From Kiritimatiellia bacterium (GTDB taxonomy: Bacteria; Verrucomicrobiota; Kiritimatiellia; RFP12; UBA1067): a stretch of DNA of 64,000 nt. A program made the translations under genes and the position numbers. Where the stretch lies: positions 11,805 through 75,804 of the forward strand of contig JAZSQE010000053.1 in assembly GCA_045537795.1 (NCBI GenBank), written 5' to 3'. Below the pieces are notes generated by a model that had not been told where the DNA came from, did not search any database, and worked only from the letters and a program-made list of their open reading frames with translations. This document shows, in pieces, positions 34,865-43,817 of this stretch (its first letter is position 1; each line of letters begins with the position of its first letter).

Positions 34865-36354
34865 TTAACCGGATCGGCAGCGAGACCACCGCCGAGCGAT
34901 TCGTAGAGATTTATGAGCGAGAGCGTGATCTGCCCGCGCGATATCGCCAGCTCCTCTTCAAGCTGCAGACGGCTGCGCTGCGCATCGAGGACGTTGTTGA
35001 AATCCTTAAGACCGTTCTTGTAGAGGTCGTTCGAAATCGTGACCGCGTCGGTCGCCGCCTTGACGGCGCCCTTGAGCGCCTGATAGCGGTGATACTCCTG
35101 CGTATAGGCGGCATACGCGTCTCGCACCTCGGCGTAGGCGCTCTGCACGGTAAGCTCATATTGGAGCGCGAGTTCCTTCGCCCTCGCTTCCGTCGCCTTG
35201 ATGTTCGCGTGGATCGCGCCGCCCTGAAAGATCGGCCAGCTGATCGCGGGACCGAGAGAAGCCATGAACGACTCGCGCTGGAAGAGACGCGACTTCTTCC
35301 TGTTTTCGAAGCCGACGGTGCCCGAGATGTAGAGTTTGGGGAACCAGTCGGCCTTCGCGACGCCGATTCTCGCCACCTGAGCGGCGAGTTCGCGCTCCGC
35401 CGCCTTGACGTCGGGACGCGAGCGGATCATGTCGAGCCTGAGATTGGCGACCTTCTGAGGCTGGAGAAGCCAGTCGCGTCTGACGGCGAGAGGCTTGAGG
35501 AAAGCGTGCATGCTGCCGGGGTATTCACCCGCGAGAATCGCGATGGCGTTTTTATATTTTTCTTCGGCGACGAGAAGCTCCGGTATGCGCGCGCGCGTCT
35601 GCTCTACGATATAGGCGCACTGGTTGACGGCGAGTTCATCGCCGATGCCGGACTCGAGACGCGACTTCAGGATTTCGTACGTTTCAGACTGAAGAACGAG
35701 GTTGGTTCTCGCGACGCTTATTAGCTCCTGCGCCGTTCTGAGGCTGATGTATTCGCGGCCGATTCTCGTCGTAAGCTCCACCCACGCGTCGGCGACCGTC
35801 CAGCCGGCGGCCTCGGCGGCGGCGAACGCGGCCTCGGTCTGACGACGGTTGCCTCCGAAGATGTCGATCTCCCAGTTGCCGTCGAGCGCGGCGTCGCGCA
35901 CGTTGTACTGGCTCTTGCCGGAGCGCGTTTTCGATTTGTTCCAGTAACGGTGCCATCCGCCGCCGAGAGAGAACTGCGGCAGAAACGCCGCGTACGACCC
36001 GAGCAGTTCCCAGTTGGCGCGCTCAAGTCTGCGCTGCGCCATCAGGAAGTTTATGTTGTTCGTGACGGCTCCGCCGACAAGCGTCTCAAGGACGGGATCG
36101 TTGAAGCGCTCCCACCATTTCGCGAGCCTGTCGCCTGTTATGACGATGCGCTCGTCGGCGTTCGACAGCGCGGCCCTGTACTCGCACGTCGCCGTGAGAT
36201 TGCTCGTCGGAAATCCCGCGTCGGGCAAAGCGTTCTCAGGAACGCCGAGTTCGAGCTCCCTGTAATCGGGCCCCACGGAGGGAAGAGATTCGCAGCCGAG
36301 CGCCGCAAGAGCGATGACCGCGCAGACATGATTCAACCTGATATCGATTTTCAT
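34861..36354 (-). CDS. RND efflux outer membrane factor lipoprotein (NodT/TolC family)
   Basis: Lipobox AALGC; two OEP repeats; last gene of the RND operon. Confidence 0.85.
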   Translation of the reverse strand: MKIDIRLNHVCAVIALAALGCESLPSVGPDYRELELGVPENALPDAGFPTSNLTATCEYRAALSNADERIVITGDRLAKWWERFNDPVLETLVGGAVTNNINFLMAQRRLERANWELLGSYAAFLPQFSLGGGWHRYWNKSKTRSGKSQYNVRDAALDGNWEIDIFGGNRRQTEAAFAAAEAAGWTVADAWVELTTRIGREYISLRTAQELISVARTNLVLQSETYEILKSRLESGIGDELAVNQCAYIVEQTRARIPELLVAEEKYKNAIAILAGEYPGSMHAFLKPLAVRRDWLLQPQKVANLRLDMIRSRPDVKAAERELAAQVARIGVAKADWFPKLYISGTVGFENRKKSRLFQRESFMASLGPAISWPIFQGGAIHANIKATEARAKELALQYELTVQSAYAEVRDAYAAYTQEYHRYQALKGAVKAATDAVTISNDLYKNGLKDFNNVLDAQRSRLQLEEELAISRGQITLSLINLYESLGGGLAADPVK

Positions 36355-36389
36355 TTGTTTTTTCCTTGAAGCGTTCCTGTTTTACGTTC

Positions 36390-39300
36390 TCAACCGACAT
36401 TCTTCAGACGCCTCGAACGCAGCGATTTCGCGCTGATGTACGAGAAGAACCGTTTCACCCGCTCGCGCCAAGTCTGGAAGAGAGCATAAAGCCCGGGAAC
36501 GAGTAGTATACCAAAAACGACGGAGAAAAGCATACCGAAGAACTCGGTCGTGCCGAGATGGTTGCGGCTCGCGGCGCCCGCGCCGGTGGCGATCATCATC
36601 GGGAGGGTTCCCAGAAGCGTCGTGAGAGCCGTCATGAGAAGCGCGCGCAGACGCTCGCCGGCGGCCGAACCCGCCGCGTCGACGATCGAGTACCCCTCCT
36701 GCTCGCGCTTGTCCTTGGCGAACTCCACGATGAGAATCGCATTCTTGGAGGCGAGCCCCACGAGCAGCACGAGACCGAGCTGGGCGTAGATCGAAAGCGG
36801 ATACGGAGAGCCGGTCGCGAAAATCCCCCAGTATTTGAGCCCTACGAGCGCTCCGAGAACCGCGACGAAAATCGACAGCATCACCGGCAGAGGAATCGTC
36901 CACGATTCGTACTGCGCGACGAGGAAGAGGTAGCCGAAAAGGATCGCGAGCAGTATGAGCGGCGCGGCCGCGCCTTCGTTGCGCGCCTCCTGATAGGAAA
37001 GCGCCGCCCAGCTGTAGCCGTAGCCCTCGGGAAGTTCCGCATCGAGAAGCTCGCGCACTTCGTTCATCACCGTGCCGGAGGCGACGCCCGGAGCAGGCAG
37101 GATGTTGAGACCCGCGGTCACGTATTTGTCGCGTGTGTAGATCGTGCGCGGGCCGAGCTCGCGGGTAATCGTCCCGAGAGAGCCGATCGGCACCATCGCG
37201 CCCTTGTCGGAACGGACGTAAAGGCGCTCCACATCTTCCGGCTTGGCGCGACTCTTGGCCTCGGAGGCCACCGTGACGCGGTTCACCTGGGTGCCGAGGT
37301 TGACGTCGTTGACATAGCGAGAACCCAGATAGTTCTGCAAGGTCGCGTACACCGTCGCCACCGGCACGTGGAACATCTCGGCCTTGGTGCGGTCGAGGTT
37401 GAACCTGAGTTTCGGCGTTTCGGCGTTGTAGCCGGCGAAAGCCGCGAGGATGTTGGGGTTCGCGTTGAGTTTCGCGAGCATGACCTTCTTGACCTCGTCG
37501 AGTTTGACCGGATCCGTGCCCACCTTGTCCTGGATGTGAACCGAAATGCCGTTCGCGTTGCCGAGGCCGGGGATCGACGGCGGAGCGAACACCTGCCACT
37601 TCGGCTCCGGCACGGCCATGAGAAGGCCCTGTATCTTGCCGATCATCTTGGAGACGTGCTGCTCGGGGTTCGGGCGCTCGTCCCAACGCTTAAGGTCGAC
37701 GACGAGCGTCGTCTGGTTTTCGCCGCGCCCGCCGATCATGCCCCAGCCGGTGATCGAGATGACCGACTGCACTTCGGGAACGGCGCGCAAAAGTTCAACC
37801 GCGCGAAGCGCCGTCTCGCGGCTGCGGTCGCGGGCCGTGCCCTCAGGCATCTCCATCGAGCAGAACACGACGCTCTGGTCTTCTTCGGGGAGAAACGCCG
37901 TCTCGGTCTTCGAAAACATCTGAACCGTCAAGAGCACGACGAGCAAGAGCAGAACGAGCGTAAGGAAGATACGGCTCGCGAGCCACTTCGCAACCGTCAC
38001 GAAAAAGCCCTTGAACGCGTCAAGCCCTTTGTTGAACCATGCGAACGGACCGCGCTTGTAAGGCTGCGCCTCATGGAGCAGAAGCGAGCAGAGGGCGGGC
38101 GCGAGAGTAAGCGCGCACACCGTGGAGAAGCACACCGCCGCCGAGAGCGTGACCGAGAACTGCTGGTAGATGCGCCCGGTGATGCCGCTCATGAAGCCCA
38201 CGGGCACGAAGATGCCCAGAAGAACGAGCGTAGTCGCGATGACCGCGCTCGTGACGTCTTTCATCGCCTGGATCGCGGCTTCCTTCGAGTTGAGCCCGCG
38301 CGTTTCGATCAGGAACTGCACGCGCTCCACGACGACGATACAGTCGTCGACCACGACGCCGATCGAAAGAACGAGACCGAAAAGCGTAAGGATGTTTATC
38401 GAATATCCGAGCGCCGCCATCAGGATGAAGGTCGAACAGATTGAAACGGGAATCGTAAGACATGGAATAAGCGTAGCGCGCCAGTCCTGCAGAAAGAGGT
38501 AGCAGACGAAGACGACGAGAAGGAATGTAAGCACGAGCGTGGCGACGATTTCCTCGATACACACGCGCACATATTCCGTGGCGTCGTAGGGCGTGACCCA
38601 CTCGAGATCTTCGGGAAACGTCTTTTCCATCTCGCGGAATGCATCGTAGATCGCGTCCATCGTTTCGATGGCGTTCGCGCCCGGCTTCTGCTGAAGCGCG
38701 ATCATCACCGCGTTTTCACCGTTGAACTGGCCGGAGAACATGTAGTTCTCTTCGCCGATCTCCGTGCGGGCGATATCCTTGAGCCGCACTATGCCGCCCT
38801 TGTCGTCGCGGCGGACGATGATCTCGTTGAACTCGGCAGGCTTCATGAGGCGCCCCTTGGCCGTCAGCGTGTAGACGCGCGCGCCGTGCCTCGGAATCGG
38901 GGACGCGCCGACGGAACCGATCGAAGCCTGCACGTTCTGCTTGGTGACCGCGGCGATCACCTCCTCGGTGTTGAGACCCTGCGCCGCCATACGATCGGGA
39001 TCGAGCCAGACGCGCATCGCAAGACGCGGCCCGTAGACCATGGCGTCGCCCACGCCGGGGATTCTCAGAAGGACCGGCTGGATGTTGCCGTAGATGTAGT
39101 CTGAAATCTGCAGACGCGACATCTTGCCCGTCTTCGACCTGAGCGCCATGAACCCGAGCATATCCTCCGACTGGGCGCGGATCGTGCCGCCTAACTGCTG
39201 AACTTCCATCGGCAGCTTCGCCTCGGCCTGCGAGACGCGGTTTTGAACCTTGACCATGTCCATGTCGCGGTCGGACTCGACCTCGAAGGAAAGCGTGAGG

Positions 39301-39608
39301 TTGTACGAGCCATCGTCGGAACAGCTGCCGACCATGTAGAGCATGTCGTCGACGCCGTTGACCTTGTCCTCGATGGGCATGGCGACGGTGTTGAGCACCT
39401 CCTGGGCGCTGGCGCCGGGATAGCTGTACGTCACCTGGATGGACGGCGGAGTCAGGCGGGGATACTGCGAAACCGGCAGCTCCAGAATAGCCATCACGCC
39501 GGCGAGCGAGAGCACGATCGCGATAACCATGGCGAAGCGCGGCCGTTCGATGAACGTGCGCGAAAACGTCTTGATCTGGTCGATCGATTTTCGTATCGAT
39601 ATTTTCAT
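36390..39608 (-). CDS. RND efflux pump inner-membrane transporter (AcrB/AcrD/MexB, HAE1 family), 1072 aa
   Basis: 12-TM RND architecture and length; the ATG at 39606-39608 was verified. Confidence 0.9.
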   Translation of the reverse strand: MKISIRKSIDQIKTFSRTFIERPRFAMVIAIVLSLAGVMAILELPVSQYPRLTPPSIQVTYSYPGASAQEVLNTVAMPIEDKVNGVDDMLYMVGSCSDDGSYNLTLSFEVESDRDMDMVKVQNRVSQAEAKLPMEVQQLGGTIRAQSEDMLGFMALRSKTGKMSRLQISDYIYGNIQPVLLRIPGVGDAMVYGPRLAMRVWLDPDRMAAQGLNTEEVIAAVTKQNVQASIGSVGASPIPRHGARVYTLTAKGRLMKPAEFNEIIVRRDDKGGIVRLKDIARTEIGEENYMFSGQFNGENAVMIALQQKPGANAIETMDAIYDAFREMEKTFPEDLEWVTPYDATEYVRVCIEEIVATLVLTFLLVVFVCYLFLQDWRATLIPCLTIPVSICSTFILMAALGYSINILTLFGLVLSIGVVVDDCIVVVERVQFLIETRGLNSKEAAIQAMKDVTSAVIATTLVLLGIFVPVGFMSGITGRIYQQFSVTLSAAVCFSTVCALTLAPALCSLLLHEAQPYKRGPFAWFNKGLDAFKGFFVTVAKWLASRIFLTLVLLLLVVLLTVQMFSKTETAFLPEEDQSVVFCSMEMPEGTARDRSRETALRAVELLRAVPEVQSVISITGWGMIGGRGENQTTLVVDLKRWDERPNPEQHVSKMIGKIQGLLMAVPEPKWQVFAPPSIPGLGNANGISVHIQDKVGTDPVKLDEVKKVMLAKLNANPNILAAFAGYNAETPKLRFNLDRTKAEMFHVPVATVYATLQNYLGSRYVNDVNLGTQVNRVTVASEAKSRAKPEDVERLYVRSDKGAMVPIGSLGTITRELGPRTIYTRDKYVTAGLNILPAPGVASGTVMNEVRELLDAELPEGYGYSWAALSYQEARNEGAAAPLILLAILFGYLFLVAQYESWTIPLPVMLSIFVAVLGALVGLKYWGIFATGSPYPLSIYAQLGLVLLVGLASKNAILIVEFAKDKREQEGYSIVDAAGSAAGERLRALLMTALTTLLGTLPMMIATGAGAASRNHLGTTEFFGMLFSVVFGILLVPGLYALFQTWRERVKRFFSYISAKSLRSRRLKNVG

Positions 39609-39626
39609 TTATCTATCTCCCATTCC

Positions 39627-39674
39627 AACATTCGAACATTCAAACATTCAAACATTAAAACATTCAAACATTAA
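39627..39674. repeat. 8-bp tandem repeat (AACATTCA)x6 in the acrA-acrB intergenic region
   Basis: Units aacattcg/aacattca/aacattca/aacattaa/aacattca/aacattaa, read directly from the sequence. Confidence 0.8.
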
Positions 39675-39676
39675 AC

Positions 39677-40879
39677 TCACTCCTTGATCCTCGGCTTGAA
39701 ATTCCTGTCGAGATCTTCGTTGCCGGTCGCCTCGACGAGCGTGACCTTCATACCCGGAGCGAGTTTTGAAACACCGGCGACAACCACTTTCTCGCCGGCC
39801 TTGAGCGCCCCTTCTACCGGCACCCAGCCTTCATTGGCCTCCTTGGTCTCGACGACACGCTGTTCGACGGTCATGTCGTCCTTGAGCACCCACACCGCGC
39901 GGCTGCCGGACGAAAGGTCCACCACCGCCTGCTGCGGCACGCTGACGAATTTCGGCGGCTTGCGGTAATCGACGAGGAGCGTCACGTAGCTGTTCGGGAT
40001 GAGCATGCGGTCGGGATTGGGGAATTTGAGGCGCATGATGATCGTCGCGGTCTCCTTGCTCATGGTGTTGTCGTCGAACGCCCATTCGCCGAGTCCCTTG
40101 TATTCGCTGCCGTCCGGCAGAAGAAGCCGCAGACGGTAATCGGGAGCCTCGCCCTTGAGTTGAGCGGCGCGCCAGGCCACATACGCGCGGTCGGTAAGAG
40201 GAAACGACACGCGGATGGGATCGATCTGCACGATATGCGAGAGAGACCCCTTGCTCGGAGAGACATAATCGCCCACGTGCGCGTATGTTTTGCCGATCTG
40301 TCCGGAGATAGGAGCGATCACGCAGGTCTTCTTCAAATCGTATTCGGCAACCACCAGATTCGCCTTGGCCTGAAGCACCGCGGCTTTGGCGCTGTCGGCG
40401 GCCGCCTCGGCATTGTCGCGCTCGAGCTGGGTGATGCCACGCTCGTCAGCCTTCTCCATGCGCTCGAAATAACGGTCGGCGCGGCGCTGCTCGGCTTTTG
40501 CGGCTTCAAGATCAGCCTTGCGCTGGTTGACTATCGCCTGATAGCGCTCTCCGTCAAGCACATAGAGAACGTCACCGGTTTTGACGATATCGCCTTCTTT
40601 GAAACGTATCTCCTTGACGTAACCGTCCACCTGCGGAAGAAGATCGACTTCCTGCACGGCTTCGGCGTGGGCGACGAAACGCTCGGGGAGATTATATTCG
40701 CGCAGCTCGGCCGGGCGCACGGCCACCGTCGCCGTCATCTGCGGCATCGTCATTTTGGACGCCTTGGGCTTAGGCCAAAGTTCACATGCCACCCATCCGC
40801 CGGTAACCGAAGCGGCGACAAGCACGACGACACCGATCGCAGAGCCGATCGAGGACTTCTGATTTATTGCTTCTTTCAT
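39677..40879 (-). CDS. RND efflux membrane fusion (periplasmic adaptor) protein, AcrA-like
   Basis: 400 aa; single N-terminal TM; coiled-coil; lipoyl and beta-barrel blocks typical of MFPs. Confidence 0.85.
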   Translation of the reverse strand: MKEAINQKSSIGSAIGVVVLVAASVTGGWVACELWPKPKASKMTMPQMTATVAVRPAELREYNLPERFVAHAEAVQEVDLLPQVDGYVKEIRFKEGDIVKTGDVLYVLDGERYQAIVNQRKADLEAAKAEQRRADRYFERMEKADERGITQLERDNAEAAADSAKAAVLQAKANLVVAEYDLKKTCVIAPISGQIGKTYAHVGDYVSPSKGSLSHIVQIDPIRVSFPLTDRAYVAWRAAQLKGEAPDYRLRLLLPDGSEYKGLGEWAFDDNTMSKETATIIMRLKFPNPDRMLIPNSYVTLLVDYRKPPKFVSVPQQAVVDLSSGSRAVWVLKDDMTVEQRVVETKEANEGWVPVEGALKAGEKVVVAGVSKLAPGMKVTLVEATGNEDLDRNFKPRIKE

Positions 40880-40916
40880 CTTTTTCTCCTGTTTTTATAT
40901 CTTTGACAAATTGAAA

Positions 40917-41534
40917 TCACGCGATTTTTATTCCGTTCCAGACCAGTCTGAACGCGTTATTGAGCGTATATGCGACATCCGACATCATGAACCCTTCGAT
41001 TTTACGGCGGATGACGCCGTCCCAGATCGACATGACCGTGGTCGCCAGCGACTGGACATCCGCCGATGCGCACACCCTGCCGGATTCAATGTCAGCCGTA
41101 AGCGCGTCGATCACCGCATGATAAGGGCCCGAGCGCTCATCGATGAGTTTGCGCGCCAGTTGCGCGAGACGCGCGTCCGACCACTTGACGCCCGTCAGCA
41201 TCAGCATGAAGAAATCGGCACGGCTGCGGTCTGAGATTATCTGCTTGGCCATTTCGACGAGCATTTCCGCCACCGCCGGAAATGTCATCTCGCGACCTTC
41301 CATGTGTTCGCGCAACGCCGATGAAAAATGCGCCGTCGCTTCTTCGATAAGCGCGGCGAGCAGATCTGATTTCCTCTCGAAATGCCAGTAAACCGCCCCT
41401 TTCGTCATCTTGAGCCGCGCGGCTATATCGATGAACGTGGTGTTTTCGTAGCCCTTTTTGACAAAGAGCGAAAGCGCGTTCGCCATAATGCGCGAACGTG
41501 TTTTTTCTGCTTCTTCTTTCGTCTTCCTCGGCAT
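40917..41534 (-). CDS. TetR/AcrR family transcriptional regulator
   Basis: N-terminal HTH RIMANALSLFVKKGYENTTFIDIAARLKMTKGAVYWHF. Confidence 0.9.
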   Translation of the reverse strand: MPRKTKEEAEKTRSRIMANALSLFVKKGYENTTFIDIAARLKMTKGAVYWHFERKSDLLAALIEEATAHFSSALREHMEGREMTFPAVAEMLVEMAKQIISDRSRADFFMLMLTGVKWSDARLAQLARKLIDERSGPYHAVIDALTADIESGRVCASADVQSLATTVMSIWDGVIRRKIEGFMMSDVAYTLNNAFRLVWNGIKIA

Positions 41535-41545
41535 GATCGGCGCGT

Positions 41546-41575
41546 ATTATACATACTTTCCGGTAGGTATGTCAA
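41546..41575 (-). promoter_or_regulatory. Near-consensus sigma70 promoter of the tetR gene with an embedded palindromic operator
   Basis: Minus strand: TTGACA (41570-41575), 18-bp spacer, TATAAT (41546-41551), ATG at 41534. The inverted repeat ACATAC-N10-GTATGT (41551-41572) overlaps the spacer and the -35. Confidence 0.6.
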
Positions 41576-41663
41576 CACCCCCGGCATTCAAGCCGGAAGA
41601 GGAAGACCGCGCCCCACAGGGACGCGGTCAGGCGTAAGACAAACATAAAACGGTTTTTAAGTC

Positions 41664-42509
41664 TTACCGCGCGCGGTATCCCTCCAGAATATATTTCGCG
41701 CGGTTGGTCGTCACGGTCAAAGCTCCGTTGTTGAACGCTTGAATCGCGTTGTCGAGATCGTCGATCGTCCAGACATGCAGCTCGAAGCCGGCGGCTTTAA
41801 TCTCCTTGACGAACGCTTCGGTGACGATCGCGGGATCGAACGAGATGTCGACGCCGTCCGCTCCGACGCGTCTGAGCGTCTCGATGGTTTCTGCGGCTGT
41901 ACGGGGAACGCGCGGCACGTTCTCGCCCATCCACTTCTTCGCCGAACACAACCAATAAACCTTGAATTCCGGCATCTGCTTTTTCAGTTCGGTGCAGACG
42001 TTCGTGCCAAAGCTGATGAAGAGGGTCTTGTCGGGCGAGGCGCCCGACTTTTTGAACGTATCCTTTATGTAAGGCACCCACTCGGGGTTGTCGCCCTTGA
42101 CCTCGACGTATATCTTGCGCCCGGGGCGCTGGAGAGCGAGCACTTCCTCGAGAAGCGCGGGACGCTCGCCGTCGAACTTTGACCCCTTCCAATCGCCCCA
42201 GCCTCCGACGTTGAGTTTTGAAATTTCCGACCAGTTGACGTCTATGCACGCGTTCGTGTTCGCGCCTGCGGTGGTACGATCAAGCGTCCGGTCGTGAAAA
42301 GTGAAAAGACGCTTGTCCTTCGAAAGATAAATGTCGCACTCGAAACCGAACCCGCGCTCGACCGCCGTTTTGAACGCCGAAAGAGTGTTCTCGGGCGCGT
42401 CAATCGATTCACCGCGATGAGAAATGAGAGTTGCGTAATCGGGCTCGCTTTTCATCTGACAGCCGACAAGAAGAGATGCGGCTGAGAACGCCAGGAGTAG
42501 TTTGTGCAT
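41664..42509 (-). CDS. Glycerophosphodiester phosphodiesterase (GDPD) lipoprotein
   Basis: Lipobox LLVGCQ; HRGESIDAPENTLSAF...ECDIYLSKDKRLFTFHD. Confidence 0.85.
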   Translation of the reverse strand: MHKLLLAFSAASLLVGCQMKSEPDYATLISHRGESIDAPENTLSAFKTAVERGFGFECDIYLSKDKRLFTFHDRTLDRTTAGANTNACIDVNWSEISKLNVGGWGDWKGSKFDGERPALLEEVLALQRPGRKIYVEVKGDNPEWVPYIKDTFKKSGASPDKTLFISFGTNVCTELKKQMPEFKVYWLCSAKKWMGENVPRVPRTAAETIETLRRVGADGVDISFDPAIVTEAFVKEIKAAGFELHVWTIDDLDNAIQAFNNGALTVTTNRAKYILEGYRAR

Positions 42510-42577
42510 TTTTTCGTTTTCCTTGTTTTTCGTTTCGTATGTCGTTGCGCGCCCGATGCTTCAGGCGTGTTTTCCGT

Positions 42578-43639
42578 TCATTTTTGCGGGGCGCCACGGG
42601 GAGGAAGCGCAAATCTGCGCTCCGTGCGCTTGGCTTTGCCGCCCTCGAAAAACGGCCACTTGTCGGCGTCCCACTTTAGTTCCTGCAGAAACGTCGGGCG
42701 CTGCGAAGGCTTGAACGCGGTGTCATGCGCATGGAAGAACATCCAGTCGCTTCCGTCCGCCGCCGTGAACACTTCGCCGTTGTGCCCCGGCCCGTATATA
42801 TCTTCGCCCTTGACGGATGAAAGAATCGGTTTCGCCAGTCCCTTGAGCATCGAATTGCCCTCACGGTCCACAAACTCGCCGTCGAGCGTGCGACTGCGCC
42901 CTACGGTCAGATAATACGTGTGATCGGTGAACAGTCCGGCCGAGACGAAAAGATACCACCACCCGTGGCGTTTGATGAGATAGCTGCCTTCGTACGCGCC
43001 GAACTTACCCCAGATGCTCGGCTCGTCGGCTTTGCGGTGAAGCCCCGCCACACGCACGGGCTTGCACCCCGGCTTTACCGCGAGAGCGTCTGAGGTGAGT
43101 TCCGCGCGGTGTATGCCGCCCTGACAGCTGCCGAAAAACATCCAAACCTTGCCGCCGTCCGTGAAGACGTACGGATCGATCGCGTTGAGAACGCCCATTT
43201 TCTTGCCGTTGACGACTTCAGCCGCGTACTCGTAAGGCCCCGTGACCTTATCGGAGACGAGCGCGATGATGCGGTTGTCAACGGACGAACCGATGAAAAG
43301 AGAGATGTAGATGATCCATTTTCCGCCGATTCTCGCGAAGCTCGGAGCCCATACGCAATGCGTCAGATTCGTCAACGTGAATCGGGCGGACGGAGAAAGC
43401 GGGTCTATGCCGGTTTCCTGCCAGTCTATAAGGTTCGCGCTGCGGCGTATCGTTTTGAGCGGCGTGGCCGTCGAATAGAAGAAACCGTCGCCGCCGTCGA
43501 TGACGGTAGGATCGGGCCAATCTGCTCTGATTACGGGATTGGTGAAAGTCCCTGCTTCCCCGTCTTCGGCAAAAGCGCCGACACAAAGAAAAGAAGAGAC
43601 CAAAACGGCCGCAAAAACGCAAAGCGCTCGAATATGCAT
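42578..43639 (-). CDS. Glycoside hydrolase family 43 (beta-xylosidase / alpha-L-arabinofuranosidase-like), secreted
   Basis: Signal peptide; FTNPVIRADWPDPTVIDGGDGFFYSTAT is a classic GH43 start; start set at the internal Met MHIRAL. Confidence 0.85.
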   Translation of the reverse strand: MHIRALCVFAAVLVSSFLCVGAFAEDGEAGTFTNPVIRADWPDPTVIDGGDGFFYSTATPLKTIRRSANLIDWQETGIDPLSPSARFTLTNLTHCVWAPSFARIGGKWIIYISLFIGSSVDNRIIALVSDKVTGPYEYAAEVVNGKKMGVLNAIDPYVFTDGGKVWMFFGSCQGGIHRAELTSDALAVKPGCKPVRVAGLHRKADEPSIWGKFGAYEGSYLIKRHGWWYLFVSAGLFTDHTYYLTVGRSRTLDGEFVDREGNSMLKGLAKPILSSVKGEDIYGPGHNGEVFTAADGSDWMFFHAHDTAFKPSQRPTFLQELKWDADKWPFFEGGKAKRTERRFALPPRGAPQK

Positions 43640-43817
43640 TATAAATACCTTTCGTGTTGGAATTATTCGAATGGCGCACATTATACTATCAACAGCGCTT
43701 CATCGTCAATCCTGCCTGACGCCTGACGGTGTAACCACCCGCGGCGTATCGCTTCGCGGCCGTTTTGCCGGGCTTACGATCTTGTCTAAAGCGCAATATC
43801 GTTTTCCGCAAAGCCAT

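Noticed and set aside
36382-38444. Long ORFs overlapping the RND pump gene in other frames or on the other strand (36382..37686 -, 36558..38444 +, 37546..37923 +, 38071..38601 -)
   Set aside because: Arg/Ala/Gly-rich low-complexity translations typical of stop-codon-poor GC-rich DNA. They overlap a strongly supported 1072-aa AcrB-like gene.
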